DNA of 64,000 nt from Podarcis erhardii. Its lineage: Eukaryota. The notes beneath the pieces were generated by a model. That model was not told the origin of the DNA and did no database searches. It saw only the letters and a program-made list of their open reading frames with translations. Of this stretch, positions 48,229-59,790 are shown piece after piece. Both the position numbers and the translations under genes were made by a program. The first letter of the stretch is position 1, and each line of letters starts with the position of its first letter. The stretch lies in assembly GCA_964252035.1 (NCBI GenBank), contig OZ176205.1; one strand, written 5' to 3'.

Positions 48229-50451
48229 TACTGGGATTAAATGGATCAGGGTTCCAAGTTAGTGTGGGCCTTTGGCATGCCCCACCCCCACTTCACATAG
48301 TACAATGCATCGGATCATCCCTGATACAAGCTGTTTTGAGGGAAAGAGAATTGGGGGATGCTGATGAAAAGCACATATGTCCAGTAATTGTGTGGTAGGA
48401 TAAAGAACCCTGTTTTACTCAAGGAAGGTAATGCCAGCAGGAGTGTTCTAGATACTTATGCCTCTAAGAGAGTAGGTTAGATGAAGCCCTTTTATTTCCC
48501 ACTGCAACAGCAACTGTTGCACAAGGTTCCTGCAAAGAAGGCTAGAAAAGGCTTCTGCTTCAGTGGATAGATAGATAAATTGCATGAGGAATATTTCAAA
48601 AAAGTTTCCAGCGCAACATTGATCTTGCAGTTTGGTGAGCAAATGTGGCTAAATAAAAGTTATGTGTTAATTCTAAAGTTTTGGATTTGAAGCCAATCCT
48701 CATTTACTCAAAAGTGAGAAAGAAGGCTTGTAAATGAGTGGGATGGGGAGGTGCTGGAAAGGGTGAAAGGATTGGGGGAGGGGGATTTCATCTTATTTTA
48801 AAGCATTCTTCTTGTGCTTCATAATAATTGGTGGAGAGTTTCTTCTTTCATGTCATGGTGCAGTTGAAGAATGGATTGTGGGTGGAGGGTTGCTGGGGTG
48901 TGGGTTTGTTCTCTGTTTCCCCTCTAGTTTTTCAGATTCTGTCAGTGCCTTTGGCATGGAAGTGGGAGAGGGGCCGATGGCAGAGCAAAAAGGACAGGTG
49001 TGCCCCCCCATTCCCTGTTCTGCTCCCTATGATTCAGCTCTATAAAATGCTCAAGCATCTTGTGAAAAGTGCTTTTCCAGATTACTAGGTTGTTCCTTTT
49101 CTTTCTGGGTAAGGAAAAGTCCTTGTGCTATTTATTCCACCTCCTCCTGCCCTACCTGAAATGCCTAATTCTCTGTTAGTTTCATCTGCAAAACTGTTGT
49201 GGAAACAGCTGAGATCACACAATGGAGACTGCAGCTTGAGGTGAGGATATTCAGAAAGGCCAGATCAGCTTTTAAGACAGGAAAAAAAAAAGTATTTTCA
49301 TGTAAATCTCATTGAGTAATAAAAGAGAGAGAAATGTGAAGAACCCAGAAATATCTGATGTCTCTCCAAACCAGAGCTGTGTCCAAAGAGGAAAAGGGCT
49401 GGATTCTCTCAGGTGACAAACCTTTGGCTTTCGGGGAGCAAGGCCAAGTGTGCATTTGGCATGCTGATTTTCCATCACTGGCTTTTAAAGGCATTTGCTG
49501 ATGGGGTCCTTTCAGACAGTTTAATTGCAGCTGGGGGTTATATGGAAAGAGAGAGATTCCAAGCAGAGACCAATGCCACAAGTCATTAAAGAGCATCAGA
49601 ACAGGAGACATCAAAAGTTGTGACTCATCAGACATCTCTATTGTGTGGTTGGGGAAGGACTTGGCTGGCTCAGATCTCAGAATCCAAGGAGAAGGGATGC
49701 CATGCTGGGGAAATGCTGCAATATAATGCTGGTTTGGGATGCATGTCACTACAGAAGCACAAAGACAACATGACTGCTATCCACAGTGCCAACATACACT
49801 TGGCAGAGCAATCCAGTCCCCCAGTCTGCCATGTTGAAGGGGGTTTGGATGAACCAGGGTACCCTCCTTAGCTCTGTTGGCCTCCACCACTGGGGGTGCT
49901 CTAAGACTGAGGAGAGCCTTGATGTACCTGCACAACGCATGGCCAGCAACAAGTGGCCACTGGTAGTATGTATCACTATTGGCAATAGCCATCATAAAGG
50001 GGGAGGGGACAGATCTGGATCCTGAGCCAACCCTGCAGGCCCAATCCAAGGATCTGTCAAAGTGTAGCTGCATTTTTTACCAGTCGCCACTTTCTGTCTT
50101 GGTTGGCATCTGCAGCATGGCTGTGAAGGCAGTGGTGGCTACACTGCTCCTTGCTTCTTGCTATGGGCTGGATTGCAGCCTAAAACTTTATTTGAATTAG
50201 TGAGACAGTGTTCCCAGTATATATCCTTCACCCCTTTGTCAATGGCTAATCCACAGTGTGTGGCCACTCACCCCAGCTGAATTGCATTGTATTGGTGATG
50301 AAAGGGTCATCTCAATCTCTCATTTAGTTCCTCCTCACAAAGCTTCCTAAACAGTAGGTACAAAATCCTGGCCTGGACATGGAATTCGTGTTTAAAGTAA
50401 TCTATACCCAGCATTTCACAGTAACAACCTGGAATATATAACAAACTGCAT

Positions 50452-50752
50452 TATTCTAAGTCGGACCATTGGTCCATTTAGCTCAGTATTGTCTACAGAC
50501 AGGATCCCCCAAAGTAGATTCTCCAGTTGTTTTTGGACTACAATTCCCATCATCCCTGACTGTTGGTCCTGCTAGCTAATGATGGACGTTGTAGTCCCAA
50601 AAGCAGCTGGAGACCCAAGTCTGGGTAACCCTGGTCTACAACAACAAACAGTGGCCATCCAGGATTTCAGACACAGGACATTGCCAGCCCCATACAAAGA
50701 TTCTGGGGAATTGAACCTGGGAATGTTTGCATGCTGAACATGCTAAGCTATG
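50452..50752 (-). mobile_element. Squam3-like SINE (antisense) interrupted by a hAT-type MITE at ~50500-50633
   Basis: GGACCATTGGTCCATTTAGCTCAGTATTGTCTAC on the left and GGAATTGAACCTGGGA...TTGCATGC on the right, separated by a fold-back MITE. Confidence 0.65.
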
Positions 50753-53611
50753 GTCTTTCTCTGAAAGAAGAGGACAGTTGTGTCAACATGGCTGTGGGCT
50801 GTGTGGGATTAAAAGAAGAGCAGACCACCTCCTTGATGTTTCAGCGCTTTCACTGATATTTTCGTTTTTATCCTGTATGCCATGTTCGGCAACTTGTTCT
50901 GAAAAGGTAACTTTTAAATGTAAAAAGGGGAAGGGGGGAGAACTTCAACTGGCATTAAATAACATGGACTGTGTGCTCGTTTATCCTCTAAACCTAAGGA
51001 AAGTGGAAGCCTTTTCGCTATAAAAAGATTTTCTTTCTACCAGTAGGATAGTTGTCTATAGTGTATCTTGATTTCTTTGGCCAGAAATTAGGGTGGCTGG
51101 ATGAGAAGTCTCAAGACAGAGGCAGATATTTCCTTTTGGCAGCACTAGTTCAGGTAAAATAGACTCTAGTAATTCTCAAGCAATTTGCCTGCCACTTTTT
51201 TTTAAACATCCTGAGTTGAATTGGTGAAAATATAATACTATTTTCAATTTCTTTTTGTTCTCTCGAATGCCTGAATTTATGTCCCTTCTTCCCACCCCTA
51301 AATAACTATTGCCTTTAAAGTAATTTCTTGTTTTGCATTTAAGTCATTACAGACTTAGAGGAGAGGACCACAGCTCAACCACGGAGTATGTCGCATATGA
51401 GCTTTGCATGCGGAAGGTCCCAACCCCCCATAATCTCTGCTTAAAAACAAACAAGGGAGCAGTCTGGAGATGTGCTGTCAATAAGAGTAGAGATGGTCAG
51501 CTCAAAAGTAGCTTCATATGAACATTGCCTGCCAGTTCTCAATCACTTGGTGGCCATGCTTATCAGTTCTTTGCCCGTTTGTAATAGTCAGGAATCCCTG
51601 CCTACATATATAAAAATGTGGTGGCACCTATTATTCCTCAGGATAATATCTGCTTATCTGACTCCCATTCTCAGAAACTAAAAAGGTCCACCACACACCA
51701 GAGCAGTTGTGTGAGTCATGAGGGTGTAGGCCACTATGTACACTCTTTCCTGGCAGGTTGCAGTGGAGTCATGTTTTTTCATTTTAATGCTTGGGGTTCC
51801 TCAAATGAAAGAAAGTAGATTTATAATCCCAAGGGCCATGCAATGCCCTCTGTGAGCACTGGAATTATCATTATTATATATTTAAAGGCAATCCCCTGTT
51901 TACACACGTTCAATAGGTGTGCGACAGCTTCTGGTTTCGGTGTAATGTATGTGTGCGACAGCGCATGCATGCATTGCACTGAACCCAGAAGTGACCCCAA
52001 AACATCACAAAAAGTCACAAAAAGGGGTGGGACAGGGTGGGTGGGTGGTTGGCGGAACAGGGTGTTTGCAGGCTTTTTCAAATATACGCAAAACCACTAG
52101 AGACCACCCAAATTGAGTTGATTATTCACTTAAATGTTTTATCCTGCCTCTCCATCTGTTCATGGTGTCTCTAGCCTCATTAAAATAAGTAAAGCAAGCA
52201 CTATGATCATAAAACCAAGCACTGAAACTATTTTAAAATGCTACATTACAATAAAACAGCATATTACATCCCCACAGATATTACCGCCCTGTTACAGCAT
52301 TTTTATTCCCAAAGTCTGCCCAAGTGGATAGACTTTACTCTCCCTCCTGAGTCAGTTCATTGTCTCATTCCATCGTCTTGGGGCTACTACTGAAAAGATC
52401 CTGCTCCTCCCTACAACTTGGGTAAGAAATTTTGATGAATATACTAGGATGGGATTCTTATGAAGAGAGACTGTTTGCTATATCAAGTTCCCAAGCCACA
52501 AAGGTTTTTAAAAGTCAAAAGCAGCTCTTTGGACTGGGTCCTGAAACTACCTGGCAACCAGTATTATTGCCACAGTTTCAGTAATATATGACCCTACTTC
52601 CCTATATATTCCAGGAGTTGCTTCCTGCCTGTTTCAACATTAGCACTGATGAGAACTCTAAGGTTGTAAGTTGGTGATATTCCAAATGTCTTGGCTTGTA
52701 TTCCACAGGCACTTAAATGTGCATTTGTGAGGTCAGATGATAGTTTCCTAAATGCTGGACCAGCCCAGTTCTCCAACTCAGAATGAGCTGCTTTGCATTA
52801 TGCTAGATCAATACAATTGTCAGGATCTACTCTTATGCCAGCAGCACTAGATTTCTAGAGATAATCTACTGGCTTTTCTAGTGCTGGGATGACGAGAGCC
52901 ACAGGGATTCCATTGTCATGTCCAGCGTTTTTATGCCTTCCTATAGTTTGGCCATAGATGGCATCCAGCAGTCATGAAGTCGCAAGATATGTTTCATCTC
53001 TTCAGCCATCTTTCCATCAGGTTCTTGGAAAACTAAACCAAACTTCCCAGGAATAGGCACCAGGAATCTAAGGGCTCTTCCTTACTGTTGTTCAATGTGG
53101 ATAGTAAACTTCCTGTACCTTCGTTAATTCTGCATTGTCCACATGACATTCTCCTTCAAATCACTCCTTCCCACACTCTGCCCTTCCTCAATTTGGATTT
53201 TTTCATACCAGGGATACTCCGAAAGGAGATGGTATGAGAAAATCCGACCTGAGTGAGGGGGAAGTGTGGGAAGGCAGTGATTTGGAGGGGAACATCATGA
53301 GGACAATAGATAATTAATGGAGGTATACTGGGAGCTTACTATTCACATTAGACAACAGTATGGAAGAACAGTGGTTCTGCATTTTGGGGTTCATTCCACT
53401 CTCTCATTATATAGATCACCTCAGTTTGTACTGGAATCCACCAGGTCTCTTCCCCACCCCCCATTCATAAGCCATTTCAGATTTCTCACAGTTTTCATTT
53501 CAAGTCTCTCTCTCTTTCTCCTTTTTAAGGGGGCACTGAAATTTATACAATATTTAAGTAGCATAGCGGAGTCCTGGAAGATATTATTAATGTAAAAGGG
53601 ACAGGCTGGAA

Positions 53612-53784
53612 NNNNNNNNNNNNNNNNNNNNNNNNNNNNNNNNNNNNNNNNNNNNNNNNNNNNNNNNNNNNNNNNNNNNNNNNNNNNNNNNNNNNNNNNN
53701 NNNNNNNNNNNNNNNNNNNNNNNNNNNNNNNNNNNNNNNNNNNNNNNNNNNNNNNNNNNNNNNNNNNNNNNNNNNNNNNNNNNN
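53612..53784. other. Assembly gap (173 N)
   Basis: Run of N. Confidence 0.99.
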
Positions 53785-56700
53785 GGAGAGGCTGGGGGAG
53801 TCAGCAAGTGAGCGAGAGACTGACAGAGTGAGGGAGAAAAGGGGGGAGAGAGACACTTTAATGCAAGAATAATGGAGCCTTTTCTTTCCTTTAAAAACTT
53901 ACTGTATTTCAAGGCCACGTGCTCCCTGCCTTCCTGGGCCAGTTTCTTTCTGCTCTTTGGCTAGGCATTTTCATCATGCTTGCACCAAAGCCCATAGAAA
54001 GCAGAGGCCATTATTCCTTTAGGATGGGGGTCAAAAGCGGAATGTGGAGGACGTGTATGCATATATATATATATATATGCATACATATATATGTTGCAGA
54101 CAAAAGCACAAGGTAAAGGAAAATATCTATATTGACTTCCTGTTACCCATGAGCCTTGTTGAACAGTGGAGCTCTTAAAACGTTTTAGCTGATTAATTAT
54201 CTCCCTTTTAATTGACTAATTGCTTGCTTGCATTTCAATAAATGTGCATTTTGTCAACAGTTCAATAAAGAGTATAGACCTTTTTTGAGATCCTGAAGGA
54301 AGTATGAGATAATCCATTATTTAATAGAAAAGCTGCCACACATTAGATGTTAACTGTATTTTTCATGCTTTCATCTTCATTTATTAAAGAAACTAAAATA
54401 GGCTTAAAAATAAATAAGTGTGTACTTAATTCTTAGCCCTGCAGATTAATGAGTTTTGCTCATTAACCACTTGGCTATGTATGGCTGCAATCCTAAACAC
54501 ATATACTGAGGAGTAAACTCCGCTGAAAAGGCATAAGACCAGGCTGCACAGCTTCAGCTGACAAATCCAGCAATTGAGTCAGTTAAGGCTGCCATCCTAA
54601 GCCAGTTTCCTAAGGAATACATCCAACTGAACTCAGTAAGGCTTACTTCTGAGTAAGCATGTCTGGCAGAGCTGTACAACCTGCAGTCCTACTATCCACC
54701 TGTGCATCTTGCTCGTTGAGGTTTTCTGTCCCTGTTCTCTAGCGATTTCTCTTGCCAGAAATTGAACACACAGGAGCTTCATTGATGCAGCAGGCAGCAC
54801 ATCAGCCTCCTAATCTGAAAGTCATGAGAAAGGGATTATGTTTTTATTTCAATGGGCTTTGAATGTGCAACATTTAGTTTTGCTGCTGCTAGTTTTAATA
54901 TATAGCACATTTTACTCTTGCTTTGTTCCAAACCTTGGGTGTATCTTGTTACTACTAGCTTTAGAAACTGTCCGTTGTATTTGCATTTTTACTTATTACA
55001 GTATATTATATGGATTCATGATAATTTGTACACTACTCTGGGTATTTTAATAGAAGAATGGGATAATAATACTGATTAATAACGATATTAATCTCTGCCA
55101 GCGAGCTGCTGTGCACATTAGAAAGTTCCCATTGAGATCATCTTTAACCTTATTGCTTCAGTAGAATGCAGCCAGTGGACCCTGGACCATTAACTCTGGC
55201 TGGAATGCTCTTAGAGTTCACACAGGGTTGGCAGTCAAAAGAGGGAACTCTGCACCAGTAGAGTGACACACATCACTCCACAGGTGGCACAAGGCCAACA
55301 GACATTGGCAGGGCCAAGTCAAGGGACAGCTCCGCCCAATCCAATCTCCTCCAGCCTGGAACAAGCAAGGCCTGGATTGCTCTATAGGTAAATAAGTAAG
55401 CAAGATGACTGGAATCTAGCTTTTAGGACACATCTTTTAATGAAGTCTCATTTTCTGGAGCATCTCAATCTTTCCTGAAAGCCGTGTGCAAGTTGATGGC
55501 TGTTCATTACTGCTTCGCATTCTGATTCACCTGGGGGGGGGGAGTCTCTCCTAGTGGTCCTGGAAGAAAACCTCTCCTAGTTGTCTGTAAGCATATATCC
55601 ATTGTTTTATTCAGGAAAATTATTTATGCCAGGGTTAAAGAATTTGTCATCCTCCAGATGTTAATGGACTATGACTCCTATCATCCTTGGCCATGCTGGC
55701 TGAAGCAAATGGGAGCTGTTGTCCATCAACATCTGTAGAGCCCCTGGTTTCGCATCCCTGCTGTAGTCTGAGGGGCACCATATGTAGGCTTCTCCAACAT
55801 TTCCTCCTTATCCACAAAATACCTAATGGCTGTGTAAGTAGGATCTGATGAATAAGGTGATCATGTGCCTTCCCTTACAGAGGACAGCCCTGTCCTCTGT
55901 TTGAGGGCTGTCCAGTCGTAGTTTGGTTTACTGATAGGCCATTGAAGCATTAGGCCTAATTATTATGACGCAGCCCTTGGACCTCTGCAGGGAATAAGTG
56001 TATTGAGAACTGCTATGGTCAATGTTGCACAGCAGTTCTGTGGCAGAGCCAGCTATCGCTGCCCCCTTATCTCATCATGCTCACTTTGGCTGGAAAGAAA
56101 GGAACAGGGCCAGTGAGGCTGACAAGCTGGGTTTCTCTACTTCTACGGCTGATTGTCTGAGATTTGTTTTGCCCACCTATAATGTGAAGGGACTGGTGCG
56201 CGTCTTTCTTATGAAACACCTTTTCAAGTTTTCTGAATGCCAGTCACTGTTCAGTACTGGCCTTTTCTCTGACCATGTTTCAAGAATAGGAATGAGTTCT
56301 GAAATTGGGTCTGATGGGAGAACCTTGAGGTATGAGCATGCTTATATACCTCAAAATCCTCTTCTGAAAAAAGAGAGAAGGGGCACTTTTACGGAGGGAT
56401 ATAAGATCTGCAGATAAAGTGTCCAGCGTTTTTTATTATTTTATTATCTCTCACATGCAACAGCTCCAAGCATCCCCACGAGCCTAGCAAAATGCTTAAG
56501 ACCCAAGTGCCTCGCTCCATGGTGTTCCCTGGCATTAGTTTATCTGCTGCCCAAGCCAAGCCTGAAATTTACACTCTCGGCTAATCCACCCAGCCACTGA
56601 AATTAATTATAGCCTCGTACATTAAAAATTAACATAACCTTTCTGGATATATATACTTATAAGCAGAGGAGCATGCTGGATTCCCTCAGCTACTGTAATT

Positions 56701-57161
56701 GGAGTTGCTTTTCCCCCCTTAAAGCTTCCTCTTCCACCACCTCTCTCTCTTTCTCTCTCTCTTTTTTTAAAGATGTGGACATTTGAACTCATTAATCATG
56801 GATCCTTAGAAACTGGTAAAGTTTAAGAGCCTGTAATTGCATTCTGTCCTGAAACTGTCTGTCTGTGGGGGTGAAGTGGAGGTGTGTCTTTTTCCTCATG
56901 AATATTCAAATATGCATATAAACAGAGGGGGGTTCTGAGATTTAATCAATTGCCTTGCTAGGAGACCACCTGTCAGACAGTGGCTTTCTTCCGGTTACAC
57001 AATATGGTGGGTCTCCGAGAAGTCTGCAAGGCTGACGGCCTATTTCGCACCCTTCAATGAAGAACATATGATTAGTTATCTTGTAGTATCACCATACAAA
57101 GAGGAATGCTTGATTTGTGTGGGTGGGAAGTTAGCTACCTGCAGTCATGGTCACCATTCAC

Positions 57162-57487
57162 AAACCACAGAGCCTAGGACTTGCCGATCAGAAGGTTGGC
57201 GGTTCGAATCCCCGTAATGGGGTGAGCTCCTGTTGCTCGGTCCCTGCTCCTGCCAACCTAGCAGTTTGAAAGAACCTCAAAGTACAAGTAGATAAATAGG
57301 TACCGCTCCGGTGGGAAGGTAAACGGTGTTTCGTGCGCTGCTCTGGTTCGCCAGAAGCGGCTTAGTCATGCTGGCCGCATGACCCGGAAGCTGTATGCCA
57401 GCTCCCTCGGCCAATAAAGCGAGATAAGCGCTGCAACCCCAGAGTCGGCCATGACTGGACCTAATGGTCAGGGGTCCCTTTACCTTT
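57162..57487 (+). mobile_element. Sauria SINE (near full length)
   Basis: Collinear with the 688-1015 copy; ends GGGGTCCCTTTACCTTT. Confidence 0.9.
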
Positions 57488-57604
57488 ATTAATACAAGCC
57501 TACCCTCACTTTCATTTTGTACTCTCCCTAGGCCTCTCCCCTACATTTATTCCCCTGCCTGCCTGCCTGCCTGCCTCTGGATTTCTTTCCTGCTACACTT
57601 GCTT

Positions 57605-57605
<1 letters not shown>

Positions 57606-57645
<40 letters not shown>
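57606..57645. repeat. (TAA)13 microsatellite
   Basis: Directly visible. Confidence 0.95.
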
Positions 57646-57646
<1 letters not shown>

Positions 57647-59539
57647 GATACATATGAAAGCACTTCTCTTACACCCTAATTTTTGCATCTTTCATGAGAT
57701 GGAGAGTGAGCTTCAGAATTACCTTGAAGTTCTAGACATGTCTTCTCAGAAATAAGTCCCATTGAGTTCAATAGGTTAAGTGGGCATAGCATTGCAGCCT
57801 TAACATGTGGAATCAAATTCTAGAAATCTCCTAGTAAGAGCAGAAACTGCATGTTGTGGTCTAAGGTGAATCATGGCGTATAAGCAAAGCAATGATGTAG
57901 AAATCTGCTTCTGAACATTTGCACTCTTGGCTCCAAGGGCCTGAGAAATGTAGGAGAGGGGTCTGTGTTGTTATGCCATGTTGTTATGATGTGTATGGCA
58001 AGTACACCAATTCCCCCTGATTCTGTACTTCCATATTAAAGTAGATGCACCTTAAGCATGCACCAAAAGAGTACCAAAATCCTACACTTCGACTGCATTT
58101 TAACCAGTACTAGAAAAGGAAGTGCTGGAACTCACCAATAATGCCTCCCTTGTTCTCTTATATAATGGCATTGAGTTCTGGCGAGTTCCAGCTGAAAAAA
58201 TGCCCAGACTTTAACTATCCAATGAGTATACTTAGAAGGTTAAAAGGTATTACAAGAGAGCTAATTTGAATGATCTTGAATTGGACTCAAGTTGCTACAT
58301 TCAGCAGAGACTCTGAGCTGTGTGTTCTACAAGCACACAAAGTTTTTCAATGATTTGGCCCATGGCCTCTAAGCATATCAGTAGCCTGATAAGTCCTCTC
58401 AGTTTGGGTCTTCAGGCTTATCCACACTTCTGTTTGCTCCGTTGCTTTCCCCTAGGGAAACCCAATCTTTAGTGCTTGACCCAATTGATGTTTACTCTGA
58501 TTTAGCACTAAAGAGTGGTTTTCTGGGGGAAAGTGGTGGGACAAAGGCAAAATGGGTTGGACCCATGCCTAGAAAGCAGAAAACTGCTCAGACCTGTGCT
58601 TTCTAGGTGCAGAGCAGGCAGAAGTGTGGACGAGCTCTTCCCAATGGTAATGCACACTATGTTCATTCCTGTAGGGTTCCTGATTCTCAAGAGTTTCCTT
58701 GGGTGCAGTTCAGATTCCTTTATTCTCTAGGGAACACTGACTGCATTGCCCACTGATGCTATGCTACTTAACCTTGTCCTTTGAAATAAGAACAACACAG
58801 GGAGGAGCTGATCTGGTTGCCTCCATGTTCACCCAGATAAGTGGAACCAAAGCATATTTGATACCAGTGCTTGACAGCACTAGACAGTGAACAGGAATCA
58901 TGATGGAGCAAATGATCAGGAAATATAATTATTGTTGCCTACCAAAATGTAGATCAACATTTGTATGCCCATTTCTTAAAAACAGGAGGGGGAGGGAGGA
59001 AGGGATAAGTGATAATGAAACAACTTTTTCATTTCCATAATATTACCCTTTTAAAAATAATGGATGAAATAGATGTTTTTCTCATAGTAAAGTATTTCAC
59101 ACTGAAAATAATGAAGCCCACATAATTTCAGATGAGGAGAGGGGAATTAGCAGCTCTGTTGGGCAAAATGTGGCTCATGAGATGAAAAAACAGGCAGAGA
59201 TCATTTGACCGCAGTCTCAGATCCCTTTGGATCTGGCATGTGTGTCAATCTTCTGACACTTATGGACAATCTTGATCACTCAAGCCTCACCCATAAAGCC
59301 TCACACCGCAGGCTGCCTCCTCCACACAACAATGGTGTTCTCCCTATCTGTCTCTCTCTCTCTTGGGTTTAGCATACCTCCATTTGGGTCTCCTCATCTC
59401 CATGTTCTTCATTCCCTCCTCTTAAAAAACAAAGCCCACCATCTTTCCTCAGGCAAGCTCTTTCTTCCTCACCCACCCCTGGCCTCCCTCCTCCCTCCCT
59501 GCCTGTGCGGCTGTGCCAGAGAGAGCCTGTTCGCTCCCA

Positions 59540-59790
59540 TTGTGCTATCTTTGGGTCCTAAATTAAAATTTATGACATCTTGAAATGAGCAGTGAGGGTA
59601 ATTTTGCTTCTGAGTGAAGATGCTAATGAGTCTCCTTAATGGCGTGAATAAGGAGTTGACGGGTCGTGTGTCACTTTGCGCAGCCCGCGCCGGTGGTGTA
59701 ATGGCCACAGTAAGTGTCTGTAATTATACCCTGTCTCGCTGTATTTTGGCAGCCGTTGTGGGAGAACAGGCGGCTCAGTCATATACACGG
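59540..59790. promoter_or_regulatory. CpG-enriched enhancer-like or promoter-like patch
   Basis: About 11 CpGs in 59640-59790 against a CpG-depleted background, plus several TAAT cores. Confidence 0.4.

Noticed and set aside
49600-50150. ORF-dense GC-balanced stretch resembling a decayed retroelement ORF
   Set aside because: No motif could be assigned with confidence; a translated search against Repbase would be needed.
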